Source: an uncultured bacterium
Lineage (GTDB): Bacteria; Bacillota_I; Bacilli_A; RF39; UBA660
Direction: 5' to 3'
DNA length: 64,000 bases
Assembly: GCA_948433885.1 (NCBI GenBank)
Contig: CAOJEC010000001.1
Span: 942 to 64,941 of the forward strand
Shown piece by piece: positions 9,878 to 20,711 of the stretch (position 1 is the first letter of the stretch; each line of letters starts with the position of its first letter). The translations under genes were made by a program, and so were the position numbers. The notes beneath the pieces were generated by a model. That model saw only the letters and a program-made list of their open reading frames with translations, was not told the DNA's origin and ran no database searches.

Positions 9878-12691
9878 ATGGATAAAATCGTCGTCAAAGG
9901 GGCTAGAGAAAACAATCTCAAAAACATAGATATCGAAATTCCTAAAAATAAGTTGGTCGTGATGACAGGACTTTCCGGTTCGGGTAAAAGTAGTTTAGCT
10001 TTCGACACGATCTATGCCGAAGGTCAAAGGAGATACGTAGAATCCTTGAGTGCATATGCTAGACAATTTTTGGGCGGATCGGAGAAACCTGATGTCGACT
10101 CTATAGAAGGTTTGAGTCCGAGTATTTCGATCGATCAAAAAACTACTAGCAAGAACCCTCGTAGTACTGTAGGAACAGTTACTGAGATATACGATTACTT
10201 GAGACTTTTGTTTGCGCGCATAGGAGTTCCATATTGTCCTAACCACAATACTCCCATAAAGAGTCAAACGGTCGACGAGATAGTAGAGAAAGTGATGGCC
10301 TTCGGTGAAGGTACTAAGATTGAGGTGATGGCTCCTGTAGTCCGCGCCTCTAAAGGTTCACATAAAGAAATTTTAGAAAATTTGCGAAAAGATGGGTTTT
10401 CGAGAGTTCGTGTCAATGGAGTTGTACACGATTTGAGTGATGATATCGCTCTCGAGAAAAATAAGAAAGATGTCATAGAGGTAATCGTCGATAGAATCAT
10501 CGTCAAAGAAAAAGATAGAGCGAGATTGTCGGAAGCAGTGGAAACTTCGACAAAGTTGGCGGAAGGTAGAGTACTCATAAATGTGATCGGAGATAAAGAA
10601 GTATTGTTTAGTGAGAATTATGCTTGTCCGATATGCGACTTCTCTCTACCCGAATTGGAACCTGCGATGTTCTCTTTCAACAATCCATTTGGAGCATGCG
10701 AAGATTGTAAAGGGTTGGGATTTAAACAAATGATCAATTTGAATTTGTTGATACCCGACAAGAAAAAATCTATTTTGGATGGTGCAATAAAAGGATTGAG
10801 TTTAGATTCGAATATAATGATGACTCAGTTGGAGACATGTGCTCGTCAGTATGGAATAGATTTAAATGCCCCTGTAGAAAAATTGAGTAAAGACAAATTG
10901 GATATCGTCTTATATGGTAGTCCCGATGTTTTGAATTTCAGTTATACAGCAAAAAATGGGAACTCGCGTTCGACAAAGGATTATTTCGAGGGTATAGTTA
11001 CCAATTTAGAAAGAAGATACATCGAGACAAACAGTGCATGGATTAGAGATTGGCTCGATATGTATATGATGGATACTTTGTGCCCATCGTGTCATGGAGC
11101 GAGATTGAAAGACAATATATTGGCCGTCAAGATAGGTGGAAAGAGTATTCACGAGGTTTGTCTCATGAGTATTAAAAATTTGATTCCATTTTTTGAAAAA
11201 CTGAAACTAGGAAAAGAAGAGGCAAAAATTGCCGAGCTGTTGTTGAAAGAAATACTCAATAGATTGAAGTTTTTGAAAAATGTCGGATTGGAATATTTGA
11301 CATTGGCAAGAACGGCCGCGACTTTATCGGGTGGTGAACTGCAACGTATACGTCTTGCTACTCAAATAGGAAGTCGTTTGACTGGTGTCTTATATGTCTT
11401 GGATGAGCCTAGTATTGGACTTCATCAAAGGGATAATGACAAGTTGATCAACTCACTTTTGGAGATGCGCGATATCGGTAATACATTAATAGTCGTCGAA
11501 CATGATGAAGATACGATGAGAGCAGCAGACTATTTAATCGATATAGGACCAGGCGCAGGAACTGAAGGTGGCACAGTAGTTGCAGCAGGTACTCCACAAG
11601 AAGTTATGAAAAACAAAAATAGTTTAACTGGCCGTTATTTGTCAGGACTTGAGAGGATAGAAGTACCTAAAAAGCGACGTAAGGGAAATGGAAAGTATTT
11701 GGAGATAAAAGGTGCAAAAGAAAACAATCTCAAAAACATAAATGTCAAAGTTCCATTAGGTAAATTTGTCTGCGTCACAGGAGTTTCCGGTTCTGGGAAG
11801 AGTAGTTTAGTAGATGAGATAATATACAAAGTATTGATGAAACACGTCTACAATTCCAAAGTCGAACCTGGACAATTCAAAAGTATCAAGGGACTCGAGC
11901 ACATAGATAAAGTCGTACAAATAAGTCAGGATCCGATCGGAAGGACGCCTAGAAGTAACCCTGCTACTTACATCGGTTTGTTCGATGATATCAGAGATCT
12001 TTTTGCCGAAATGAAAGAATCTAAAATAAGAGGATTTACAAAAAGTAGATTTTCTTTCAATGTCAAAGGAGGAAGATGCGAAGCGTGTTGGGGCGATGGT
12101 GTCAAAAAAATAGAGATGCACTTTTTGCCCGATGTTTATGTTCCATGTGATGTATGTGGAGGAAAAAGATACAATAGTGAAACTTTGGAAGTGAAATTCA
12201 AAGGCAAGAATATTTACGAAGTTTTGGAAATGCGCGTCAGTGAAGCTTACGAATTTTTTGAAAGTGTTCCTCGCATTAGAGCCAAGTTACAAATGCTCAT
12301 GGAAGTCGGCCTATCTTATATAAAGATAGGGCAAAGTGCACCGACATTGTCCGGAGGAGAAGCAGGAAGAATCAAACTTGCCAAAGAGTTGCAAAAGAGA
12401 CCAACTGGAAAGAGTGTATTCATATTAGATGAACCGACGACGGGATTGCACTCTGAAGATATTAAGAGACTTTTAAAAATATTAGATAGAATTGTAGATA
12501 ATGGGGACACAGTTTTGGTAATCGAGCACAACTTGGATGTCATCAAAGTCGCAGATTATCTCATCGATTTGGGACCTGAAGGAGGAGACGGGGGCGGAAC
12601 AATCGTCGCAACAGGTACACCTGAAGAAGTTTCTAAAAATGAGAACTCTTATACAGGTATTTATTTGAAAAAAGTATTAGATAAAAAATGA
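9878..12691 (+). CDS. uvrA: excinuclease ABC subunit A
   Basis: 937 aa. Two ABC ATPase modules ([20 protein letters not shown]; LSGGE signatures) and Zn-finger cysteine clusters (CPICDF...CEDCKG; CEACWGDG...CDVCGG). Confidence 0.95.
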   Translation: MDKIVVKGARENNLKNIDIEIPKNKLVVMTGLSGSGKSSLAFDTIYAEGQRRYVESLSAYARQFLGGSEKPDVDSIEGLSPSISIDQKTTSKNPRSTVGTVTEIYDYLRLLFARIGVPYCPNHNTPIKSQTVDEIVEKVMAFGEGTKIEVMAPVVRASKGSHKEILENLRKDGFSRVRVNGVVHDLSDDIALEKNKKDVIEVIVDRIIVKEKDRARLSEAVETSTKLAEGRVLINVIGDKEVLFSENYACPICDFSLPELEPAMFSFNNPFGACEDCKGLGFKQMINLNLLIPDKKKSILDGAIKGLSLDSNIMMTQLETCARQYGIDLNAPVEKLSKDKLDIVLYGSPDVLNFSYTAKNGNSRSTKDYFEGIVTNLERRYIETNSAWIRDWLDMYMMDTLCPSCHGARLKDNILAVKIGGKSIHEVCLMSIKNLIPFFEKLKLGKEEAKIAELLLKEILNRLKFLKNVGLEYLTLARTAATLSGGELQRIRLATQIGSRLTGVLYVLDEPSIGLHQRDNDKLINSLLEMRDIGNTLIVVEHDEDTMRAADYLIDIGPGAGTEGGTVVAAGTPQEVMKNKNSLTGRYLSGLERIEVPKKRRKGNGKYLEIKGAKENNLKNINVKVPLGKFVCVTGVSGSGKSSLVDEIIYKVLMKHVYNSKVEPGQFKSIKGLEHIDKVVQISQDPIGRTPRSNPATYIGLFDDIRDLFAEMKESKIRGFTKSRFSFNVKGGRCEACWGDGVKKIEMHFLPDVYVPCDVCGGKRYNSETLEVKFKGKNIYEVLEMRVSEAYEFFESVPRIRAKLQMLMEVGLSYIKIGQSAPTLSGGEAGRIKLAKELQKRPTGKSVFILDEPTTGLHSEDIKRLLKILDRIVDNGDTVLVIEHNLDVIKVADYLIDLGPEGGDGGGTIVATGTPEEVSKNENSYTGIYLKKVLDKK

Positions 12692-12693
12692 TA

Positions 12694-12726
12694 TCGAATC
12701 TCATGCGAAGTGAGATTCGTTTTTTG
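12694..12726 (+). terminator. rho-independent terminator after uvrA
   Basis: Perfect stem tcgaatctca / tgagattcg with a 7-nt loop, followed by TTTTTT. Confidence 0.6.
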
Positions 12727-12786
12727 TAAAAGTAAAGCAGTCGGCTTTACTTTTATTCATATAACTTATATAATAGGTACGGTGAT

Positions 12787-13590
12787 ATGATGAATCCTAT
12801 AGCATTTACTATATTCGGAATGGAGATAAGGTATTATTCTTTATTCATCCTGTTTGGAGTTGGGCTCGCTTATTTTTTGATAATAAGAGAAGCGAAGAAA
12901 TTTTCGATTTCGACCGATTTTATTTTCAACATGTTTTTTTGGTCTTTGGTAATAGGGATAATCGGTGCTCGACTTTATTATGTAATATTCAATTGGGAGT
13001 ATTTTGCATCCCACATCGGAGAAATATGGCAAATATGGCAAGGTGGACTTGCCATTCATGGTGGTATTCTCTTCGGATTGATAACTATCAATTTTTATAC
13101 AAAAAAATATAACATTCGAACTTTAAAAATATTGGATATGGTGGTTGTGCCTCTTTTGATTGCGCAGGCTATCGGTAGATGGGGAAATTTTTTCAACAGT
13201 GAGGCGTACGGAATCGCCACATCGGCCAAGCATTTGAGAGACTTGCATATTCCCGAGTTCATCATAGAAGGAATGACTATAAATGGTATAACTTATACCC
13301 CGACATTTTTTTACGAATCAATCGGATGTGTTTTAGGATTTTTAGTGCTGATCATTTTTAGAAGAATGAAATTTGTGAAAGTCGGACAAATCACAGGAAT
13401 ATATTTAATTTGGTATGGTGTACTTAGATTCTTCATCGAAGCAAGTAGAACGGATTCATTGACATTTTTAGGATTTAAGATGGCTCAGATCGTATCGATC
13501 ATCATGGTTGTAGTTGGCATAGTGCTGTTCGCTTTGGGTCTAAAGAAAAGTAAGTATGAAGATTTGTATGACGAATCTAATGTCAAATAG
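12787..13590 (+). CDS. lgt: prolipoprotein diacylglyceryl transferase
   Basis: Lgt signature GRWGNFFNSEAYG and a multi-TM topology. Confidence 0.85.
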   Translation: MMNPIAFTIFGMEIRYYSLFILFGVGLAYFLIIREAKKFSISTDFIFNMFFWSLVIGIIGARLYYVIFNWEYFASHIGEIWQIWQGGLAIHGGILFGLITINFYTKKYNIRTLKILDMVVVPLLIAQAIGRWGNFFNSEAYGIATSAKHLRDLHIPEFIIEGMTINGITYTPTFFYESIGCVLGFLVLIIFRRMKFVKVGQITGIYLIWYGVLRFFIEASRTDSLTFLGFKMAQIVSIIMVVVGIVLFALGLKKSKYEDLYDESNVK

Positions 13591-13604
13591 AAAAGAGGAA
13601 ATTT

Positions 13605-14504
13605 ATGATTTACGATGTCATCATTATAGGAGCCGGTCCGGCTGGTATGAGTGCCGGGATTTATTCGGCGAGAAGTGGATTAAAAACTTTGGTCTTGGAA
13701 AGCAAGATGCCGGGAGGTCTTATAAATTATACGAATGAAGTAAAAAATTACCCCGGATTCAAAAACATAAGTGGGCCGGATTTGGCGATGGCCATATACG
13801 ATCATTTTAGAGAATACGACATCGATTACAAAAATGAAGAAGTCGTAGATTTAAATAATGGAAAAATTAAAACTGTAGTAACTTCTAAGAGTGAGTACGA
13901 AGGAAAGACAGTGATAATCGCTTCAGGACGCACGAGACGAAGTTTGAATCTTCCAAACGAAAATGAACTTCGAGGAGGAGGCGTCAGCTATTGTGCTTTG
14001 TGCGATGGGCATTTTTATAAAGACAAGAGTGTCGGAGTAGTCGGCGCAGGCGATTCGAGTTTGGAGGAAGCGCTCTATCTTGCGAATATCGTCAAAGATG
14101 TAACGATCATTGTAAGAGGAGATACTTTGAAGGCAAATGCCGAGCTCATTTCTCGCGTCGATGAAAGTAAGAATATCGATATCGTTTATCAAAGAACCGT
14201 ACGAGAGTTCATCATAGATAACGGCAAATTGACTGGCGTAAAATTAGACGATGGTAGTGTTGTCGAATTGAGTGCTCTATTCGTGTATATCGGTTTCGAT
14301 CCAGTGATACCTTTTGAAAGCGATTTGGGATTGAAGACGAGCGATGGCTACATTGTCGTAGATGAAAATCTCGAGACAAATTTAGAAGGTGTATATGCTG
14401 TAGGTGATATTGTCAAAAAAGATTTTTACCAAATCATTTCAGCTGAATACGAAGGTGCATTGGCCGCGACGTCTATTGCAAGAAAATTGACAAAGAAAAA
14501 TTAG
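13605..14504 (+). CDS. trxB: thioredoxin-disulfide reductase
   Basis: FAD-binding GAGPAGMSAG, redox CALCDG, NADPH-binding GAGDSSLEEA. Confidence 0.9.
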   Translation: MIYDVIIIGAGPAGMSAGIYSARSGLKTLVLESKMPGGLINYTNEVKNYPGFKNISGPDLAMAIYDHFREYDIDYKNEEVVDLNNGKIKTVVTSKSEYEGKTVIIASGRTRRSLNLPNENELRGGGVSYCALCDGHFYKDKSVGVVGAGDSSLEEALYLANIVKDVTIIVRGDTLKANAELISRVDESKNIDIVYQRTVREFIIDNGKLTGVKLDDGSVVELSALFVYIGFDPVIPFESDLGLKTSDGYIVVDENLETNLEGVYAVGDIVKKDFYQIISAEYEGALAATSIARKLTKKN

Positions 14505-14541
14505 CATGTTAAAATAACGCCATTTAGATGAAGAGGGAAGT

Positions 14542-14892
14542 ATGAATAATTTAGTTTTGGCTTATTTGGGAGATGCCGTGTACGAATTGTATGTACGTGA
14601 GCATCTGATTAAAAATGGATTATGCAAGGTTAAAGATTTACAACAAACTTCGGTAAAATGGGTAAGTGCTAATGCACAAGCACGCATTTTGGATGAATTA
14701 TTGGAAAAGAATTTTCTAAAGGAAGAAGAAATTGATGTAATGAAACGCGGACGCAATGCGCACAGTCATCAAAATAGGAAGACCGATATAATAACTTATA
14801 AAAAAGCAACGGGATTTGAAACACTTGTAGGATATTTATATTTTAATGATAAAGCACGATTGGAAGAATTGATGAAGGAGGTTCTATTATGA
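14542..14892 (+). CDS. mrnC: Mini-ribonuclease 3
   Basis: LAYLGDAVYELYVREHL RNase III-like signature in a roughly 116-aa protein. Sits upstream of rlmB/sigH as in Bacilli. Confidence 0.8.
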   Translation: MNNLVLAYLGDAVYELYVREHLIKNGLCKVKDLQQTSVKWVSANAQARILDELLEKNFLKEEEIDVMKRGRNAHSHQNRKTDIITYKKATGFETLVGYLYFNDKARLEELMKEVLL

Positions 14893-15572
14893 AAGTATAT
14901 GGAAAAAATGTTTTTAACGAATTAAAAAACAACGTAGATAGGATCAAAAAGGTTTACTTGAGTTCATCTTTTAAAGACAAAGAAATAATGGACTTTATCG
15001 TAAGAAATAAAATATCGTATGTTTCTTTAGATAAGAAAGCATTCGATAAGATGTCCGATGGGAGAACGCAAGGTATCATTTTGGAAGTCGAAGATTTCAA
15101 ATACAAAAATCTCAAAGAGTTAGATACTTCATTAAAAAAAGTCGTCATATTGGATCATTTAGAGGATCCGCATAACTTCGGAGCGATCATAAGAACTTGT
15201 GAAGCCGCCGGAGTCAAAGCGATAATCATTCCCAAAGATAGAAGTGTCGCGGTCAATGCGACAGTAGTCAAAACTAGCACAGGTGCTTTGGAATATGTCG
15301 ACATCTTTGAAGTCACAAATCTACGCGTGGCAATCGATTTTTTGAAAGACAACGGTTATTTTGTATACGGTGCAGAAGCCGACGGTAAAATGTACGATGA
15401 AGTTGATTATAGTGAAAAGATGGCATTGGTAATCGGAAGTGAAGGTAACGGATTATCGAGAATAGTAAGAGAAGCATGTGATGAGATAATCAGTATTCCG
15501 ATGTATGGCCATGTCAATAGTTTAAATGCAAGTGTGTCGTTTGGAGTGTTGATTTATGGAATCAAAAACTAA
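14889..15572 (+). CDS. rlmB: 23S rRNA (guanosine-2'-O)-methyltransferase RlmB (SpoU/TrmH class)
   Basis: SPOUT motifs (DHLEDPHNFGAIIRT, VIGSEGNGLS). ATGA overlap with the mrnC stop. Confidence 0.8.
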   Translation: MKVYGKNVFNELKNNVDRIKKVYLSSSFKDKEIMDFIVRNKISYVSLDKKAFDKMSDGRTQGIILEVEDFKYKNLKELDTSLKKVVILDHLEDPHNFGAIIRTCEAAGVKAIIIPKDRSVAVNATVVKTSTGALEYVDIFEVTNLRVAIDFLKDNGYFVYGAEADGKMYDEVDYSEKMALVIGSEGNGLSRIVREACDEIISIPMYGHVNSLNASVSFGVLIYGIKN

Positions 15573-16173
15573 AGTTGAATATGCCGATTTGAATGATTCC
15601 AAATTGGTTTGTTATGTAAGAGAGAACAGCGATGAAGCCAAAGATATTCTTTATCAAAAGTACTTACCTTTAGTTTACAAAGAAATCGGTGGATATCGAG
15701 TAAAAGCGAGAATGCTCGGAATAGATGAAGCTGATTTGTCTCAAGAAGCGATGTTGGCATTTAGTCATGCTATCAACAATTATAACGACGAAGGAGAAGC
15801 GAAGTTCATCACATTCGTTACTATATGCATTCGTAGGAAATTGTACAATTTTGTATCAAAATTCGATACTGGAAAGAGTAAAGCATTGGATCGTCCTGTA
15901 CCATTAGATGCTTTGTTCAATGATAATGAGCACAGCTATCTAGCACAACTAGAAGACACACACATGATCGATCCCCTTTATAAAATGATCAATACTGAAT
16001 CTCTAGATGAAGCACTCGAATTGATCGCAAAAGAGTTGAGTCAAAATGAGAGATTGGCTCTCAAATACGATATAGAGGGAAAATCTGTCAATGAGATTGC
16101 CAAATTAATGAATATGAATACTAAACAAATTTACAATTTGATACATAGAGCAAGAATCAAGATCAAACCATGA
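15556..16173 (+). CDS. sigH: sigma-70 family sigma factor (SigH-like)
   Basis: Region 2 and region 4 (IAKLMNMNTKQIYNLIHRARIKI) are present. The position after mrnC-rlmB matches the Bacillus sigH neighbourhood. Overlaps the rlmB end. Confidence 0.7.
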   Translation: MESKTKVEYADLNDSKLVCYVRENSDEAKDILYQKYLPLVYKEIGGYRVKARMLGIDEADLSQEAMLAFSHAINNYNDEGEAKFITFVTICIRRKLYNFVSKFDTGKSKALDRPVPLDALFNDNEHSYLAQLEDTHMIDPLYKMINTESLDEALELIAKELSQNERLALKYDIEGKSVNEIAKLMNMNTKQIYNLIHRARIKIKP

Positions 16174-16303
16174 ATAGAAGAAAAAATAAATCTTCTTTTT
16201 TTTTTGAATCTATAAATGATTATAACTAATAATATGCGTAAACCGTAGATTTACTTATCCAATCAATGATGATATAATTGACTTTGGAAAGGTGATTTTA
16301 TTT

Positions 16304-17404
16304 ATGTCATTAAAAGCGGGAATTGTTGGTTTACCGAATGTCGGTAAAAGTACACTTTTTAATGCTATAACAAAGAAGCATATTTTAGCGGCAAATTATC
16401 CATTTGCCACTATCGAACCTAATGTCGGCGTAGTCGTGGTGCCAGATGAAAGGCTCTCTCATTTGAAGGATCTTTACAATCCGAAGAGTTTGGTTGCTAC
16501 TTCTTTCGAATTCACCGACATCGCAGGTTTAGTCAAAGGCGCTTCACATGGTGAGGGACTCGGCAATAAATTTTTGTCGCACATCAGAGAAGTAGATGCC
16601 ATTGTAAATGTCGTAAGATGTTTTGACAATGGAGAAATAACACACGTCGAAGGTAAGATCGATCCGATTCGGGATATAGAAATAATCAATACTGAATTGA
16701 TCTTAGCCGATTTAGAAGTTATCGACAATAGGATCAGTCGTATAGGCAAAAAGATGGATATGGCGAAGGATAAAAAGGAGCTATTAGAAATTAACGCACT
16801 CAAGCATTCTAAGGAAAACTTAGAGAACGGAACTCCGCTTCGTCTAGCAAACATCAAAGAGGAAGAATTGGAAGTTTTAAAATCGTATAATTTGATAACG
16901 ACCAAGCCAGTCATATATGTTGCAAATGTCAACGAAGATGATGCCGTCGTAGGAGATAACGAATACACTAAAGCGGTCAAAGAATACGCTGCTGTGGAAA
17001 ATTCTGGCGTTATAGTCATGAGTTGTCAGATCGAGAGCGATTTGTCAGATTTAGAAGATGACGAGAAAAAGAGATTTTTAGAAGAACTCGGAATTACGAA
17101 CAGTGGATTGGATAAATTGATTTATCAAACTTACAATTTATTGGGACTTAGAACTTTTTTTACTGCAGGTGAAAAAGAAGTTAAGGCTTGGACTTTTAGA
17201 AAAGGTATGAAGGCTCCACAATGTGCTGGAGTTATACATAGTGATTTTGAAAGAGGATTTATAAGGGCTGAGGTTATGAGTTATGATGATTTATTGGAAT
17301 ACGGAACAGAGTTAAAAGTAAAAGAGGCTGGCAAAATGAGATTGGAAGGAAAAGAATATGAAATGCAAGATGGAGACATTTGCTATTTCAGATTCAATGT
17401 TTGA
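16304..17404 (+). CDS. ychF: ribosome-binding ATPase YchF
   Basis: GIVGLPNVGKSTLFNA P-loop and a TGS-like C-terminus. ATG 16304 with RBS ggaaaggtg is preferred over the upstream GTG. Confidence 0.9.
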   Translation: MSLKAGIVGLPNVGKSTLFNAITKKHILAANYPFATIEPNVGVVVVPDERLSHLKDLYNPKSLVATSFEFTDIAGLVKGASHGEGLGNKFLSHIREVDAIVNVVRCFDNGEITHVEGKIDPIRDIEIINTELILADLEVIDNRISRIGKKMDMAKDKKELLEINALKHSKENLENGTPLRLANIKEEELEVLKSYNLITTKPVIYVANVNEDDAVVGDNEYTKAVKEYAAVENSGVIVMSCQIESDLSDLEDDEKKRFLEELGITNSGLDKLIYQTYNLLGLRTFFTAGEKEVKAWTFRKGMKAPQCAGVIHSDFERGFIRAEVMSYDDLLEYGTELKVKEAGKMRLEGKEYEMQDGDICYFRFNV

Positions 17405-17406
17405 TC

Positions 17407-18498
17407 ATGAAAGATAAAAATATAAATCCAGTCAAAACTGGTAAGTTCATAGCAAAATTGAGAAAAAGCCTTCATTTAACTCAAGAAGAATTAGGAGAAA
17501 TAATTTACATTTCAAGAAAATCAGTATCCAAATGGGAAACTGGTAGATGTTGTCCATCTATCGATATGCTCAAAAAGTTGAGCGAAGTTTTAGGAGCAAC
17601 ATTTGATGAACTAATAGCAGGAGAATTTATTGATAGGAAAAGTGATATAATGCAAAATGAACCCGTGTTTTTGAAAAGAAATCGTACAAAATGGTTAAAG
17701 GTAGGAAGTATTTGTGTAGGAGTAGTTATAGTTTCTATTTTTCTAATACTATTTGGAATGAATTTAGATGATACTACGCTTTATCTTTTCAATAGTGAAG
17801 ATGAAACTTTTGCGATTACAAATGGGATGATTTCTTTAACTAAAGAGCGAAGTAATTTATACGTAGGTAATTTTTATAGTGTTGCAAATGATATAGACAA
17901 GTCAACTGAATTTGACATAACTCTTTATCATAAGAATGATGACGAAGAAGAAAATTTAATCATAGGATTCAATGGTCAGTCATCAGTTCAGTTAGGTAAA
18001 GATGTCAGAGATCAATTAAAAGAGATTCTTAAGAAGAAAGATCATAATGACTTATATCTTCGAGTTAGTTATGAAGATAAAGAAGGTAGTCCGCGTGTTC
18101 ATGATTTGAAGTTAGCTCTTTTAGAAAGTGACAATATCAGTGACGAAGCAATGTTTTCTGAAAGTACTATCATGCCTTTGAAAAATGCTGCGGACGAGGA
18201 AATAGATTTGAGTTTCTTATTCGATTTGGATGAGTCGACTATCAAAAAGAATTTAGTTAATAAGAAGATTAAAATTTTGGGTGAAGAATATAAAATTATA
18301 TATGATAGAGATAATGATTGCTTAAATTTTATATCTGATGACAAAAAGATTGAGGCTTATTTAAACTTAAAATTATTACTAATCAATAAAGATATAGTAA
18401 TATTTGATGAAGGTTTTTCTGTCCAAAGCAAAGATGCATCGAAAGAAGATTTTGAACTTTTAAAAGATTTTGCAAATGTTGTTTTAGAACAATTATAG
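17407..18498 (+). CDS. XRE-family HTH protein with TM segment and C-terminal extracytoplasmic domain
   Basis: HTH_XRE (LRKSLHLTQEELGEIIYISRKSVSKWETG) followed by a TM helix (VGSICVGVVIVSIFLILFG). Start uncertain (ATG 17407 versus TTG 17380). Confidence 0.6.
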   Translation: MKDKNINPVKTGKFIAKLRKSLHLTQEELGEIIYISRKSVSKWETGRCCPSIDMLKKLSEVLGATFDELIAGEFIDRKSDIMQNEPVFLKRNRTKWLKVGSICVGVVIVSIFLILFGMNLDDTTLYLFNSEDETFAITNGMISLTKERSNLYVGNFYSVANDIDKSTEFDITLYHKNDDEEENLIIGFNGQSSVQLGKDVRDQLKEILKKKDHNDLYLRVSYEDKEGSPRVHDLKLALLESDNISDEAMFSESTIMPLKNAADEEIDLSFLFDLDESTIKKNLVNKKIKILGEEYKIIYDRDNDCLNFISDDKKIEAYLNLKLLLINKDIVIFDEGFSVQSKDASKEDFELLKDFANVVLEQL

Positions 18499-18509
18499 AC
18501 TATTAGAAG

Positions 18510-18546
18510 TAGACATGAAGTAGCGTGACTAACATGTCTATTTTTA
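18510..18546 (+). terminator. rho-independent terminator
   Basis: Stem agacatg / catgtct with T-tract. Confidence 0.5.
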
Positions 18547-18577
18547 TTATACTTCTATTCAGAAAGGAGAGAATAGA

Positions 18578-19426
18578 ATGAAAAAAATAATAAGTGGAGG
18601 CTTGTTAGCTGTTGTTTGTGGAGCCATGTTATGCATGGGAGTGGATGCAAAATATGTATATTATACCAACGATATTGGTGTTGAGATGACTGAACTGCAA
18701 TACGACAAAATGTTAAGTATACATTCAAAAAAATACGTCAGCCATATGTCTCAAGAGGAATTTGATTCGTATAAGGATGTAAATATCGTAAAAAGTGGAG
18801 CTGTTTATTATAAAACAACTTACGAGAACGGAGTGGTCGTCAAAGAAGAAGCTATTTCTGAGGAAGAGTATAATGCCGCTCCTGAAGGTGCGATTTCAGA
18901 TGGAATTGTTCCTATAGCAAGCGATAATAAATATGTTGAAACTTCTTATAAAAAATTGAACTCTGTTCTAGCTGATCACGGAAGCGAGTATAGACTTATC
19001 GGAGTATTAACTTGGAAGAAAATACCATATTGTAGATCATACGACGTATTTGCATATAGACTATCTAATATGAGTTACAGTGGTTTCAGTGGAACACAGG
19101 TATATTATGTAAATGGAGTACACAATAGTATAGTTTATGATACATCTTCTCCAGGATACAAAGCTCAAGCTTCAGGTGCTGGTGTGTCTATGAACTTGGT
19201 TGACGGGTCTAACATTACAGGATATGAATTGACTATAGTAACTACATTATATGGTACATCAGGTCATGTTTATTTAACTTACCAACATGCACAAAGTGAT
19301 TTGACTAGAGAACAATCTTTGGGTTACACTCTAAGCTCAAGTGGTTTAGGTGGAGTAGTTTCCTTCTCCAACAGTACTATTGCCAAGAAATATGATGGCA
19401 TGAGTGGTGTACACTTAGTTGGTTAA
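18578..19426 (+). CDS. secreted protein of unknown function
   Basis: Signal peptide (LLAVVCGAMLCMGVDA). No known domain recognised. Strong RBS aaaggagag. Confidence 0.45.
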   Translation: MKKIISGGLLAVVCGAMLCMGVDAKYVYYTNDIGVEMTELQYDKMLSIHSKKYVSHMSQEEFDSYKDVNIVKSGAVYYKTTYENGVVVKEEAISEEEYNAAPEGAISDGIVPIASDNKYVETSYKKLNSVLADHGSEYRLIGVLTWKKIPYCRSYDVFAYRLSNMSYSGFSGTQVYYVNGVHNSIVYDTSSPGYKAQASGAGVSMNLVDGSNITGYELTIVTTLYGTSGHVYLTYQHAQSDLTREQSLGYTLSSSGLGGVVSFSNSTIAKKYDGMSGVHLVG

Positions 19427-19437
19427 GAAAATTATAA

Positions 19438-19461
19438 GGCAGCAAAAGCGCTGCTTTTTTG
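19438..19461 (+). terminator. rho-independent terminator
   Basis: ggcagcaaaagcgctgc followed by TTTTTT. Confidence 0.55.
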
Positions 19462-19546
19462 TTAAGTAAATGTAGTTTTTTTAACTCTTTGTTTATAATC
19501 TTCATCAAGGGTGATATAATGTTTTTATGAGAAAGGAGAAGTAGAA

Positions 19547-19990
19547 ATGTATAATGATTTCTATAATACGAATTATACAACAGGATTTGATTTGACATGG
19601 CCTATTGTATCTATCGTATTGGCAATTGTCGGAGGAATAGCGATATATGCTGTATTCGTAGCAAATAAGAATAAAGGAGAATATGATGGATTTCTCGAGT
19701 GGTTACATAATTTCTTGAATTTTAAAACTTTTTTCATAGAACCAATACTCAAAATTCTATATATTACAGTTGCTATTTTTTTAACGCTTATATCATTCAC
19801 TTTTATTAAGGTGAGTGTTACAACATTTTTCATGGTCTTGCTATTTGGAAATTTAGCCGCAAGAATAGGTTATGAATTGATGTTTCTAGTAATTACTTTG
19901 GTGAGTAATACGACCGAAATTAATAAGAAACTTTCATATTTAAATAAAGAAAAAGAATCTACAAATAAAACAAAGAAAAAAGAAGAATAA
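19547..19990 (+). CDS. small integral membrane protein
   Basis: 3-4 TM helices with a Lys-rich C-terminus. RBS gaaaggagaag. Confidence 0.4.
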   Translation: MYNDFYNTNYTTGFDLTWPIVSIVLAIVGGIAIYAVFVANKNKGEYDGFLEWLHNFLNFKTFFIEPILKILYITVAIFLTLISFTFIKVSVTTFFMVLLFGNLAARIGYELMFLVITLVSNTTEINKKLSYLNKEKESTNKTKKKEE

Positions 19991-20020
19991 ACTAAAAAGC
20001 CGATCTTACGATTTGGCTTT

Positions 20021-20446
20021 TTAATATATTTCATGACAGGCACCACTGTCCGGTTTGTAAAAACAATGGTTTTTATATTTTCCAGAGTATGGTTGTGAAT
20101 AGAAAGAAGATTTGCAACTTTGATTAGAAGGCGGTGCATAGAACCAAAGAGCGTGAGTGGCAGGATAATAATACTCCCCTCGTAGACAACGCTCTGCTAG
20201 TTCTTTTTCTTGGGTAGTAGATTTTCCATAAAAAAGTGAACTATTTACACCTGAAAATCCTCCTGGGTTTTGGTATACTACGTCATAAATTGTTCGGATA
20301 TCTTTGAACGTATAGCAATTTGCTATGCTTCTATTTACAATGACATTGCCAACCATCAGCATACCTAGATTACCTTCTCCAAGTGCTTCAGCACGCATGA
20401 GCCTGGCCATTAGATCTAATTCTTTTGAAGTATAATTTACTAACAT
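20021..20446 (-). CDS. SleB/CwlJ-type cell wall hydrolase domain protein
   Basis: ELDLMARLMRAEALGEG ... VGNVIVNRS ... matches the Hydrolase_2 (SleB) domain. RBS aggtga. Confidence 0.7.
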   Translation of the reverse strand: MLVNYTSKELDLMARLMRAEALGEGNLGMLMVGNVIVNRSIANCYTFKDIRTIYDVVYQNPGGFSGVNSSLFYGKSTTQEKELAERCLRGEYYYPATHALWFYAPPSNQSCKSSFYSQPYSGKYKNHCFYKPDSGACHEIY

Positions 20447-20553
20447 ATGTGATCACCTATAGTAGTATATGAAAATCTTTGGTAAATTGATAAGTATTTT
20501 TGGATAAAAGCATTGCATTTTTTGATAATTTTAAGTATAATTATATTGCGCTT

Positions 20554-20627
20554 AGGGGCGTGGTATAATGGTAGCATAGGAGTCTCCAAAACTTTTGATG
20601 GGAGTTCGATTCTCTCCGCCCCTGCCA
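20554..20627 (+). tRNA. trnW: tRNA-Trp (anticodon CCA)
   Basis: 74 nt. The acceptor stem AGGGGCG / CGCCCCT pairs correctly. Anticodon loop CTCCAAA (U33-CCA-A37), T-loop GGTTCGATTC, 3' GCCA. Very close to B. subtilis tRNA-Trp. Confidence 0.85.
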
Positions 20628-20637
20628 TATGGATATT

Positions 20638-20661
20638 ACTAGACATTTGTCTAGTTTTTTG
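20638..20661 (+). terminator. terminator hairpin after tRNA-Trp
   Basis: actagac-attt-gtctagt followed by TTTTTTG. Confidence 0.5.
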
Positions 20662-20711
20662 TTTTTAGTTAATAGTTTTAATGTTATAATCATTACTGAA
20701 AGGAGAAATCT

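Noticed and set aside
9995-12546. Several 64-104-aa minus-strand ORFs inside uvrA
   Set aside because: They are antisense to a highly conserved gene. They are frame artefacts of the relatively GC-richer uvrA sequence.
16474-17019. 181-aa minus-strand ORF inside ychF
   Set aside because: It is antisense to the conserved ychF, with Ser/Thr-rich low-complexity translation typical of reverse-frame artefacts.
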